Shown: in pieces, positions 13,729-25,563 of the stretch
Numbering within the stretch: the stretch's first letter is position 1
How the letters are laid out: each line of letters starts with the position of its first letter
Origin: Rotaria socialis
Lineage: Eukaryota
DNA length: 39,429 nucleotides
NCBI GenBank assembly: GCA_905331295.1
Contig: CAJNYD010000213.1
Span: 1 to 39,429, forward strand
Reading direction: 5' to 3'
Position numbers and translations under genes: made by a program
The notes under the pieces: generated by a model
Seen by the model: only the letters and a program-made list of their open reading frames with translations
The model's database searches: none
What the model was told of the DNA's origin: nothing

Positions 13729-14602
13729 AATAGATTGACGAAGTTCAAAAGAATTCCATCAATCATTCTATTTTTTTGTTAAATATTATTGTAAAAGGTT
13801 TTTTGGATGATTGATATTCAAGAAATAAATTCACGATCATTTATTCTAATTTCTTTATTCTCATGTTGTAAAACGGCAAAGATAATATGAGAAGAATTAA
13901 TCTAAAGTAATATGGATATTTTCTAAAAATCAAATGAAACATAACATCGAGAAAAAGTTATTCATAAATGACCACAAATAATTAAGACAAATAAAAAGAA
14001 CACAGATAGACGAAGATGAACAACATCAGCGTTGTGATTATATAACTATGCTTGAAATCTATTTTAAAGAAAAAACAAAAAATTTTTTTTTTGTTCACTG
14101 TAACATGAGAACATCTCGAAAGAATAGTTCGAGTACTCGACTAATACCCACACCCTCAAGATATCAGTAAATTCTTATGTATCACTATGAGAACACACGA
14201 AAAATCATGGAATCTATAGAGTGGTTCTCTCTAATTACAACACTAAAAAAATCACATGTCTTGTTTGATTGAGGGTATGGATATGAGTGTTAGTCGTTTC
14301 TCGAGATATAGTCACACCCACACCCACACCCCATCTAACAGTATTGAACACTTCATATTTCGCTAGTGAAGTTTTTGTTGATTTACTTGAAAACTGTATT
14401 AAAGATACTTTAGTAGTAATTTATCTGCTATTGGAAATCATTTCAAAAAAAACTTTTCTATCTGACCTCCGATGAAAGAAATTTGTTTGAAACTCTGATA
14501 CTGAAAATAAGTATTGTCTAAAGCCTTTGCTTTTATTGCTGTATTGAGAAGAGCGACTATGAATCAAATTGATCTGTTTTATTTTTGTTTATCTCACGAC
14601 TA

Positions 14603-17168
14603 TTAAGGTCCCGCCCCCCTTCAGAAACGATTTCCAACTCAGAATTGGTTTTTTGAACTGAAGCTTTTAGCAATGAATGATCTTCAGAAGATATATCTCT
14701 GGTAAAACTTCCAACCCCACGGGCCTTACTGTTTCCGAGTTTCAGCTCAGTCATGGGTCATTTTTGACCTTCAGGAAAATCGATATAACTTGGCCATAAC
14801 ACAAGATATTGAGATCGGGCTGGTTTCAAATTAAAGCTAATCTCAGTATCTAACTTTTTTCCGAACAGAATTTTAAAATTCAATCCTGTCGATTGTTTTT
14901 GACCATTTTACTGGAAGGGTCTAAAAACCAACCGGAAAATGGGGGTANCCCTGGGGTAAATGATAGCAAGATCCTACTTTTCTCAGCCGAGGAATCGACT
15001 TTTAAAAAACTGGTCGGACATAGTTTCCTCTCGTTGAGACCTTTAAAACAAAAAAATATTGGATATAGCTCAAGCCAAGCAGGCGTTATTTCGATGTTCC
15101 TCCTAGGAAGCTATGTTCTGAGAAAGACTCGAAAAAAGTTTTAGAAACGGATTTATTGAGAAAAATTTTAAAAACACTGTGCTAAAATGGCACATTTCTA
15201 ATACTTTTTATAGGCTGTTTTGAAGCGCTTAACAGGTGCAGTAAGCTAACATCATCTATCATATAACGATAGTTTTGCTCTCTATTTTTATGAACGACTT
15301 AGGCATATTCATACCACAGTATTGCCTGTACACGATAACTCTCATGATTCTTTAGATTATAAAACCTGAAGTTTTTTGGGTAATAATGAGGGAAAGGACA
15401 CAACAGAATGATAATTATCATTACTCATGTTCTCTCAGCAAAAAGATATTATCTCACTTTATGTTTTCTAGATTTCTTTTAACTATTAGAATAATCTGGA
15501 GCAGCTTAAAAACTGCGTTCTTGAAAAACCATAGGTTTTTGTTAATACCTTGCCATGCAATGTACATGACCTATAAATATTCAGTATCGAGGATAAAATA
15601 TAAATATATTACCGTATCTTGAGCGTTGCTATGTACCTAGTGACCGCTATAAAAGTATTCTATTCAATGATATCTCAATAGGCAATGCAGGTTTTCCAAA
15701 CTGACAAAGCATTCAAAAATTATAAAAACTTTTCGTAAAACGTGATAGTAGGGAGGTCTAGCTTTTTATTCATAAATCCGTGAAAATGTGACTGTTTTCC
15801 AAGAAGCTACCTATATTTGGAAAGGGAATGCTTCGGCGCATCTTTCTATGCCAAAAACTCAGTTTTTATATTTTTTCGAAAATTTGGGTTTTCTGAGGGG
15901 TGGGGTGGGGGGGGGCTTACAGTTAATTATCGTGTAGTTGCACCTACATTGGAACGAATACAAAATATTCTAATGGTAAAAGTCTCTCTACGAATATAAG
16001 TGGTCTGATTTTCATAAGGTTCGACATAATACATGGAAGAATGGCCATTTCAAATGCACATCATTATTTGGTGATTGATTGCCATAAAAAAGGATACCAA
16101 CGGCAATTGTGACTAAAACAGCGAAAGGGGTTAAGGGAGGTAAGGGAGCTAAAGGCTTAAAATCCCTTGGAAAAAGTAAACTGGGATAAAATAATTTTTT
16201 CGTGGACCCCTCAATGTTCGAAAGACATTGTTAACATCAAGGTTCATTGAATTGCTACTGTCTTCTATCTGGGAAATAATTTCTTATAATAAGCATTGAA
16301 TTGATATGACTAGTGAATCTCACCAAAAAAACAACTGGGAACATTCAACCTTTGGATCGTTATTTGTTTCGACCATGAAAATATTTTAAGCAAAAGAATA
16401 TGATTGTGTAGCTACTGATGAAATAGATGTTGGCATGACATCTCTTGTAGAAGCAATATTTTAAAAATGGATTCTTCGATCTACATCCAATTTGGGTCAC
16501 AAATATTTTCATCTATAATCAATTATTGCTGGTATTTAAGTGAATATTTATTAAAAGACCCTGGGGTGTCTAGAAATGCTGAGGATATTTGTTTTCTTTT
16601 GATCAAGATTTTTGTGCTATGATAACATGCAACGAGTTTTCTTTCATTAGTTGCAATTATTGTAATCGTGTTCTTTGCTTTAACCACTATTTCATTCTTG
16701 ACCATAAATTTTAATAAAATATATTGTTGTTTTCAATTGGGAAATTCTTACTTCTAATCTATGCTAGATGACAAATTGAGTACTTACTTTGGTTGCTTAT
16801 TCGCTCGGTATATCAGCGTTATACTTATTATAAGAAATTATTTCACAGATAGAAGACAGTAACTATCGAATGAAACTTGATGTTAGCGATGTCTTTCAAA
16901 CTCTACAAAGTCTCATATTTTTCAGTTTTATCAGAGTCAATCATTAACGAACTTCGTAAATGATTTTACTGAAGACATACTTTTGTACAGTTTTTAATTA
17001 ATCACTTTTTTTAGCAAGTTGTGCATTGAAAAATACAGCACAAACTAACAATAAACTTATATTTTAAATTATAAAAACTATCTTAGTCAACTCATGCATG
17101 TTTCAAAATTTTCCACAAAATGTGGTTTTCCAAGAAAAAAAATCACCTATGATTCCCCTCAGGGCTTT
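14603..17168. mobile_element. Nest of non-autonomous DNA transposons / foldback elements
   Basis: TTAA-flanked termini at 14603 and 16131 (..GAAAGGGG TTAA, piggyBac-like). A ~77-bp inverted repeat at 16220..16296 / 16821..16897 and degenerate IRs at ~15147 / ~15763. No coding capacity; N at 14948. Confidence 0.5.
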
Positions 17169-17189
17169 TATTGAAAAATACTCTTATTA

Positions 17190-18500
17190 CTTAGGTCTGA
17201 CCAAAAGTTCTGCAATCGTTATTGGCAATTTTATAAGCCAATTAACATTCAAGAGGTTCTAGCATGGATAAATAGTGGCATGTGTTGTGTATAATAACAT
17301 ATATAGTAAATCTATTTAGGACTTAGTTATAGTACTTTTCAGATAAACTTTCATTTGAACCCAAAAAAAAATTTTTTTAAGAATAATGAATTCAATCGAT
17401 ATTATATAAAAATTCGAACTATTTTGGGAATAGATCCAAAGGCAATTCATGAAGAACTTGTAACAGAATTGGGACCCAATGCTCCATCATATACAACAGT
17501 TACAACATGGGCAAAACGTTTTCGTGAAGGAAGAGAAGAAGTCAATGATGATCCTCGATTTGGTGGTCCAGTACCTGAACTTACGGATGAAAATATTGAA
17601 CTGGTTCGACAAGTTATTAGTAATGATTCACATTCAACTTATGATGAAATTATAGCTGAGATTTCTCTTTCTCACGGTACAACAGAACGAATTATTCACG
17701 ACTGTCTCAAAATGAAAAAAGTTACATCTCGTTGAGTACCCCATGAACTAACTAATGAACAAAAACAACAGCGAGTTCAACTTTGTCGTGAAAATTTGGC
17801 AATATATCTAACTGGTTCCTGGCGATTATGTGATATTATAACAGATGATGAAATGTAGATTTGCCATAGATAGACTCATCACAAGTCAAAGAACGCAAGT
17901 TGGGTTGGCGAAGGTGAATCACCAACTACTGTAGTTCGTCGAACCAAATTTAAACCAAAAAAATTATTTTCTATTCTCTTTAAATCATAGGGGCCTGTTC
18001 TTATACATTGTGTTGATGAAGGCAAGATTATAGATTACAACTACTATATTGAAAATTTCCTCAAGCTTGTTATCAAGGACCTATTGAAACAAAGAAGGTC
18101 AGCAGGTACAAAAGGTATCGAATTGCTTCACGACAATGCTCGACCCCATATTCATTCTGATGTTATTAATTATTTAACAGAAGAAGGTATTAATATAATG
18201 CCACATCCACCACATTCATCTGACCTTGCACCATGTGATTATTGGCTAAATGATTACATCAAGCGTAATTTAACTGATCAACCAAATGAAAAATCATTAG
18301 CTCGCGCGGTATCCACGCTGATGAAAAAAATTCCGAAAGAAGCATTTAAAATAAAACTTTTGACAAACTGTTAGAAAGGATGGAACTTTGTATAAATAAT
18401 CATGGGGACTATTTTAAACAATTAATAAAATAAAACTCGAACTTTCCCTTTTTCTTTAACTTTTCTTTTTAAATTGCAGGACTTTTGGTCAGACCTAACG
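17190..18500 (+). mobile_element. Full-length (1311 bp) Tc1/mariner element
   Basis: TIRs cttaggtctgaccaaaagttctgcaat / attgcaggacttttggtcagacctaacg with TA target duplications at 17188-89 and 18501-02; internal transposase. Confidence 0.95.
17355..18427 (+). pseudogene. Mariner DD34D transposase, inactivated
   Basis: HTH region, (W>*)VPHEL, TDDE, HDNARPH and PHSSDLAPCDY motifs; stops at 17733, ~17856 and ~17988, plus a frameshift near the C-terminus. Confidence 0.93.
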
Positions 18501-18929
18501 TAAGTAGAATTTAGTCTGAGATCTCATAATTCTGAATTATAGGGACGTTTACACTGTTGAATTCTGACTGATAAAAAAATCCACCTTTGGCGAATGTTGT
18601 CGTTTTAAAATTTGAAACGCTAGAGTTTATATTATGTCAAGATAGCTTATTCGGTTCAGCTTTCAATTCTCTATCTGCTGGTATATATTAAGATAAATAT
18701 TGATTGATCAACTAAGACAGAAACAAGCGACTATTTTATAAAGTATTTTTCCTATTATTTTCAAAAAAAGTTTTATAGTAGTGAAAGTCGCTATTAGCTA
18801 ACTTTTCATAGGTTTTAGCTTCATATGTAGAACGAAAGGGACCAACAGTTAAATTATAGAGAGAGATATATAAAGAACGAAAGAGACAAGCAGCGTCACT
18901 GGTGTTATGTGACAGAGCGATGAAAAAGA

Positions 18930-19003
18930 TGACCTTCATGGGAATCGAACCCATATCTTCTGCTATCCGGACAGTTGTCCTAAGTCAGTTAGACTAGAAG
19001 GCA
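18930..19003 (-). ncRNA. tRNA-like cloverleaf (non-canonical; pseudo-tRNA or transposon/SINE-borne)
   Basis: tGCCTTC/GAAGGTc acceptor stem, GTCT/GGAC D-stem, CTGT/GCAG anticodon stem, perfect ATGGG-TTCGATT-CCCAT T-arm and a downstream T5 run. The anticodon loop CCGGATA lacks U33 and purine 37. Confidence 0.6.
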
Positions 19004-19018
19004 CAACTAAATCATCGT

Positions 19019-19050
19019 TTAGCGTCCATGTGATCCATCATGGACGCTAA
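19019..19050. repeat. Perfect 12-bp hairpin (ttagcgtccatg-8 nt-catggacgctaa)
   Basis: Directly visible inverted repeat 15 nt from the 5' end of the tRNA-like sequence. Confidence 0.85.
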
Positions 19051-20366
19051 CAATAGGAAGCATAATAAATGGTAAAGTTTTGGGATCATTCTTCAGACAC
19101 GTAGATCTATGGAATAAGCAAAAACATTGAGAAAAAAAATTTCATCGAGTGTTTTATATATTCGATGCTCATACGGGCTCTCTCTTAAATGGTATATGGG
19201 ATATTGTGCTTCTTTTAAGTCTTAGTGTAATAAGAATCTATATGTTGCTTGAAATGTACACTGAACAAATACTTCAGAAAAAAAATCGTTTCTTATATTA
19301 AGAATGTTATAAGTAGTTGAAGAAATGCCCTTCAATCCTGGTGTGTTTTGTAGTTCTGATGCCAAACACATCCAGTTACTCTTCAATAAAAGCAGAATTT
19401 CGTAGTGATAAACAGGAGTATTCACTTATGAGTATAACCCTATTCGATGAAATGCAATTATGGAATGATTCTTATGTTCGTCTTTAGATAAGTATAAATG
19501 TTTCTTCGATCAGCTGTTGATCATGAAAAAATTGATTTCATCAGCACCAGTAAAGCAAAGTAAAAAGAAAATGAAACTCAACATTATGAATCATACCTGT
19601 GGATAATTTGTGAAAAGGATCACCACTTTGATTAATCAAGTTTTTCAAGATCGGACGGTTCTGTCATATCAACAGACTTCTCCTGAGAATTATCATCTGA
19701 CAAAAACAAGCTTTCAACTTACATACGAAATATAAAGTGCTATCCTGAATTCAACCTTCTACAAGTACACAGAGGATTATACCATTATTCGATCCTTTGC
19801 TTACAGTGCCCATACCATTTCTTATTCACTAATCGAAAGAAAAACAAAGATCAAGATGCCTGTCGCTGAACACAAAATCTGATGATAGAGATATTTTCAA
19901 GTCTGATCTCATTTACCCATCTACATCTTTAGATTTAGTATTATCTACTCCATAATTCAAACTCAATCATCACAAATCTAACAAAAACAACGTACGCTTT
20001 CCAACCATCTCACTCATGGCACTCATTCACCATGGTCAATTACCCAAAACCTAAAGTTCACAAGGCAATTCAAACTAACGAAGCCTAACCGATCAGTACA
20101 GACAGCTAAGTGTACTATTTTTGTTAGTAACATAAGCCTAAAATACAACAATTGGATACGGTGCACTCTGCGTCTCCAGCACAGCAAAACAGTATTTTAC
20201 TCGCGTATCTAGCATAAAAATCCACCCCATTCTCATACTACATAATCCAACCAAGACAACACTAGACTCTAAACATGACATATATTTTTTCAAGCACTTC
20301 TCAGCAATTCACACTGTTACAAAATCGGAAAAAAAGGAAACGGAAATTGCAAAAGACTGCTTCTCG

Positions 20367-22566
20367 TCACCGATAGTTCCGATGGTTCCAAAATACTCGA
20401 CCTTCTTGCATTAAATGCTTCAAAAATCGCATTCCTTCGTGCCCTATATCATTGTCATCGAGACGCAATCTAGTGAGTGTCTGTTTTAAAAATTCCATGA
20501 CTCATATAGAGAGAACATCAGAATATTACTTTGTTCTTTTCAAGAGCTTTCGCAAGATGTTGTGCACCTTCGTCGCCTATTTTATTTTCGGAGAGGAACA
20601 GCATAGTGAGTGTCTGTTTTAAATAAGCAATGAGTGATATAGAGAGAATGTAACAATTTTACTTCATTTTTTTCCAGCGCTGTCGCAAGATGATTTGCTC
20701 CTTGATCACCTATCTGATTGTTGTCAAGGTCCAGTGTCGTGAGTGTCTTTTGTAAAGAGGTTACGAATGATAAAGAGAGGAATGTGAGAATGTTACTTTG
20801 TTATTTTCAAGAGCTTTCGCAAGGTGCTTTCCTCCATCGGCACCTATATCATTGTAATCGATATACAATACGGTGAGTGTCTGTTGTAAAGAGGCAATTA
20901 GTGATATAGAGAGAATGTGAGAATGTTACTTTGTTATTTTCAAGAGCTTTCGCAAGTTGCTGTGCTCCATCGGCACCTATATGATTGTGTCCGACATACA
21001 ATGTTGCAAGTGTCTGCTATAAATAGGTAATAAGTGTGACATAGAGAGAATGTGAGAATGTTACTTTGTTTTGTTCAAGCGCTTTAGCAAAATAGTGTAT
21101 TCCTTCGGGACCTACTTTATTCCAACTGAGGTAGAGTCTAGTGAGTGTCTGCTTTAAATAGGCAATGAATGATGTAGTGAGAATGTAAGAATTTTACATT
21201 ATTTTGTTCCAGTGCTTTCGCAAGATGTTTTGCTCCTTCGCCACCTATTTTATTGCTTCCAAGGTTCAGTGTCGTGAGTGTCTTTTTGTAAAGAGGCAAT
21301 GAGGGATCTGGATAGAATTTGAGAATGTTACTTTGTTTTGTTCAAGGACTTTTGCAATATGTTGTGCTCCTTGGTCACCTATTAGATTGTTTTGTAGGTT
21401 CAGTGTCGTGAGTGTCTGGTGTAAAGAGGCCATTAGTGATACGAAGAAAATGCGAGAAGGTTACATTATTTTGTTCCAGCGCTCTCGCAACATACTGTGC
21501 TCCTTGCTCACTTATTTTATTGCTTTCAAGGTTCAGTGTCGTGAGTGTCTGGTGTAAAGTGGCTATTAGTGATATGAAGAAAATGTGAGAAGGTTACATT
21601 ATTTTGTTCCAGCGCTCTCACAACATACTGTGCTCCTTCGTCACCTATTTCATTGCTTCCAAGGTTCAGTGTCGTGAGTGTCTTTTTGTAAAGAGGCAAT
21701 GGATGATATAGATAAAATGTGAGGATGTTACATTTTTTTGTTCAAGCGCTTTAGCAAAATATTGTATTCCTTNAATAGGCAATGAATGATGTATTGAGAA
21801 TGTAAGAATTTTACATTATTTTGTTCCAGTGCTTTCGCAAGATGTTTTGCTCCTTCGTCACCTATTTTATTGCTTCCAAGGTCCAGTGTCGTGAGTGTCT
21901 TTTTGTAAAGAGGCAATGGATGATATAGATAAAATGTGAGGATGTTACTTTGTTTTGTTCAAGCGCTTTAGCAAAATAGTGTATTCCTTCGGGACCTATT
22001 GTATTCCAACTGAGGTGCAGTGTAATGAGTGTCTGCTTTAAATAGGCAATGAATGATGTAGAGAGAATGTAAGAATTTTACATTATTTTGTTCCAGTGCT
22101 TTCGCAAGATGTTTTGCTCCTTCGTCACCTATTTTATTGCTTCCAAGGTTCAGTGTGGTGAGTGTCTTTTATAAAGAGGCTATGGATGATAGAGAGAGAA
22201 TGTAAGAATGCTACCTTATTTTGTTCCAGTGCTTTCGCAAGATGTTTTGCTCCTTCGCCACCTATTTTACTGCTTCCAAAGTTCAGTGTCGTCAGTGTCT
22301 TTTTGTTAGGAGGCAATGAGGGATCTGGATAGAATTTGAGAATGTTACTTTGTTTTGTTCAAGGACTTTTGCAATATGTTGTGCTTCTTGGTCACGTATT
22401 AAAATGCTTTCAAGGTTCAGTGTCGTGAGTATCTTTTTTTAAAGAGACAATGGATGATATAGATAAAATGTGAGGATGTTACTTTGGTTTGCTTCAGCGC
22501 TTCGGCAATATTTTGTGCTCCTTGGTGACGTATTTGGTCGCTTTCAAGGTTCAGTGTCGTGAGTGT
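20367..22566 (-). CDS. RNI/NLRC3-like leucine-rich-repeat protein, one 28-aa LRR per 84-nt exon (17 units); N-terminus not found
   Basis: Exons such as 22082..22165, 21198..21281 and 20530..20613 encode TLTTLNLGSNKIGDEGAKHLAKALEQNN-type repeats. They are separated by 49-51-nt phase-0 GT..AG introns. The last exon 20367..20480 ends ...VFWNHRNYR*. Gap N at 21773. Confidence 0.88.
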
Positions 22567-22834
22567 CTTTAGTAAAGAGTTTATGGATGAAAGAGAGAGA
22601 GAGAGTGTGAATGTTAGTTTGTCATGTTCAATAGCTTTCGCAAGATGTTGTGCTCCTTCGGTATGTATTCAATTTTTTGTGAGGTCTAGTGTAGTCATGA
22701 TCTGTTGTAAAGAGTTAATGAATGACATAATGGAAATGTACGAATGCTATTCGGTTTTGTTCAATATCTTTGCACGTTGTTGTATTTCTTAGTTTTTCTT
22801 TGATCTCTTGTGTATTACATTATAAGGAATGAGT
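20367..22834 (-). repeat. Tandem exon+intron array, ~19 units with 133-135 bp period
   Basis: The recurrent gtgagtgt-ctg/ctt motif appears at ~133-bp spacing and the introns are also homologous. The two 5'-most units are degenerate. Confidence 0.92.
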
Positions 22835-23267
22835 ATTAGTTATATTGGAGAACGTAAGTCATCAGAGATTTGAGAGAGGATATGTTTTTGTCTCGAACGG
22901 AGTTTGTACTGGTATGGTTGGAGTGTAGGCTCATTATTTTTGATAGGCTGCCGGAGAAAAAATGAATGTAATTGGAAGAAACAATACTCGGTCTAAAATG
23001 TTAGTAATTTATCGAAAAATATGCGGACACAGGTTGGTCTCCGGGTTGTAAGAAAAGAAGTGTGTAAGTACAGCGTAGAAAATAATATTATTCCTGGAGG
23101 GTACCGCTAAAAGTCCAAACAGAAAGCATAATGAATTTTATGGGAAATGAAAGCTCGTGGAAAATAGGTTTTATGGGTATATTCAATCCTTCATAATATG
23201 AGCATAATATATCTAGATTTTGGAAAAGTTCAGATTTTGCGTACATAATATGACATTTTCATAGATA

Positions 23268-24720
23268 ATAATAATAATAACATCCTATAAGCCTATCGCC
23301 CGTCGGGGCCGGCCGCCGTTATTAATATTAATAGTCTCCACATGCAGTCGGGTTCTATCGTCTTTCTTTTGTGGAACTCACACTTATTTTCGAAGAAAAT
23401 AATGAGTGTAAGTTGTATATCGAGGTTTTGCGGCTCCCCAACCCCCCCCCCCTAGGCCCCAGCAACCAAGTGGCGGGAAATCAATATTTTTGGGATAAAT
23501 TTTCTTGGTAACCAAAGAGAGATAAAATCAAACATTCCTGCATGAGTTTCCATAGCAACGATAGAATAAAAATAATAATAGTGTTTGCATCATTTTGGAA
23601 GTCTGTAGATTCACACTGTTTTAAATATGGGAGAGGAGAGAAGGGGTCGAAATGGTTATTAATATAGAAAAAGCAGTTCATTTTGGTGTCAATCGGTAAA
23701 GGGATAAAATGATTAGTCTAGCTAAAGTAAAATAGGGAGGCATGGGAAAGTATAGGCTTGTCCATTGAAGTGCAGGCAAAACTCAACAGCATACGCCAAA
23801 GATCATGAAGAGAAAAAAATGTAGACTCGGAGATTTCACGAACGATTAAATCGATGTACATAACAGGTTAATATGGTAGTTAAACTAACAAAACGAAGAG
23901 TAAATTGATATTTATCGTTTCTTATGTCATCCGTCGTATATAGTATGATAAGGAGAAAAAATGAGGTATTCAAAATGCATACGACAATATATATAAATTT
24001 GTTTAGTACAACAATGCTGAATAAATCACATTAGTAGGTAGAAAAATACATATCAATAAGAAAATGTTTTAAATAAAAAAAGTTTCAAAGCGCGCGTATC
24101 ACTCATGAAAATAAATTTATTACATCCAAACGAGGTGAGTTCCACATTTTAGCACCGATAGGTGCTACACTGACAAGTTTTTTTTTTTATAGACGGTGGT
24201 ATCTGCACCCTCTTTCGTCCAACATACTGGCTATACATAGTCAGTATGAATGACTCATGTGGAATGAGTGATCATGGAGAACTTAGCCGTAAGTGACTTG
24301 TCCTGGGTCATTCCATGGTTAATGTTACCGAGGTTTGAATAAGGGGGTAAAAGCGAGACTTCACCGTACTTCACTTGTACTTTCTCTGCACTCACCTGCA
24401 CTTCAATGTACTTCCCTTGTAATTCTGTTTTTACTTAACGAATATTTCATTTTGCTTCACTTCATTTCACTCCTACTCTACTTTTATTTCATTCGATTTC
24501 TACTGTACTTGAAGCAAAATTTTGAAGTGCGGTGAAGTACGAGTGCAGTACGAGTGAAGTACGGGTGAATTACGGTGGAGCGTGGTGAAGTACGAGTTAA
24601 GTACAAGTGAAGTACGGTGAAGTATGAAGTCTGGCTTTTCCCCTCTTCTCTTGGGTTTGGATTATAATACTTTCTGAGTACGTGTTGAACAAGTTAGCAA
24701 CTCAGCCATATCGGCTTTTT
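23268..24720 (-). mobile_element. Retroposed insertion (SINE-like head, (TTA)n tail) with target-site duplication
   Basis: TSD ttttcatagata (23256..23267) / ttctcatagata (24721..24732). Minus-strand 3' end is a GC-rich segment followed by (TTA)4. The 5' end GCCGATATGGCTGAGTTG is A-box-like. Confidence 0.7.
24342..24644. mobile_element. MITE with GTGAAGTAC-type subterminal repeats
   Basis: TIR ggggtaaaagcgagacttca / tgaagtctggcttttcccc; ~10-bp repeats in opposite orientations in the two halves. Confidence 0.75.
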
Positions 24721-25297
24721 TTCTCATAGATAGGAAGCCATTAAAATATTGGATCTTTTCGCTTCTCCCAATTTATAGAGCTTCTTTCGTTGATTATTTT
24801 CGTATAAAGGAATTTCGAATTCAGTTGACGAATAACAATGACTAAGTCGAAATATCCACCATGATACCGGCTGTATCTATCGTAACAGCTTCGAATCGCT
24901 AACATTTTGATCCTATCATTTTTATGTGTCAACTAAATTTAAGATTCTTTTTGTAGGAAAATGATCAACGAAAAGAGCTCTATAAGTTGGGGGAGGCGAA
25001 AAGATCCAATATTTTAAAGACTTCCTATGTATGGAAATGTCCTATTATATACGCAAAATCTGAACTTTTCCAAAATCTGGATATATTATGCTCATATTAT
25101 AAATGATTGAATATACCCATAAAACCCATTTCCCACGAGCTTTCATTTGGTACAAAATTCATTATGTTTCCTGCTTGGACTTTTAGTGATACCCGCCTGG
25201 AATAATATTATTTCCGACTCTTTAGAAGTTGCTTGAAAATAAATGAATAGGAAGCTGACTGTTGGAAACAGTTTTTCCACTTCATTGATAATATTGT

Positions 25298-25563
25298 CCC
25301 AGGTGAATCATGCACGGCCGTAAACGGCCGTTTTTCATCGTATTTCACTCGTTTCATATCGACCGTATTACAGCCGTATTTCATCGGGTCGTACACGGTT
25401 GAAAACGGTCGTTTACACTCATCTACAATACGGTGAAATACGGCCGTAATACGGTCGATATGAAATGAGTGAAATACGATGAAAAACGGCCCGTATACGG
25501 TTGTTTACGGCCGTATACGAGACGAATTTCATCGTATACGGTCGCCGTAATGCTCGTCCTGGG
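25298..25563. mobile_element. Palindromic MITE with CCCAGG..CCTGGG termini and 2-bp (GT) TSD, CMC/EnSpm-like
   Basis: gt|CCCAGG...CCTGGG|gt; long internal inverted repeat rich in ACGG/CCGT. Confidence 0.75.

Larger units (their letters stand above)
23080..25212. mobile_element. Foldback/MITE element with ~260-bp inverted arms, left arm split by a 1.45-kb insertion
   Basis: 23080..23267 plus 24733..24801 together form the reverse complement of 24957..25212. Confidence 0.85.

Noticed and set aside
19400..19900. Exon/intron-like signals on the minus strand downstream of the LRR gene
   Set aside because: No continuous reading frame could be assembled.
20367..22834. Regular repeat-spacer pattern suggestive of a CRISPR array
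   Set aside because: The units are coding LRR exons with GT..AG introns, the 'spacers' are homologous to each other, and there are no cas genes.
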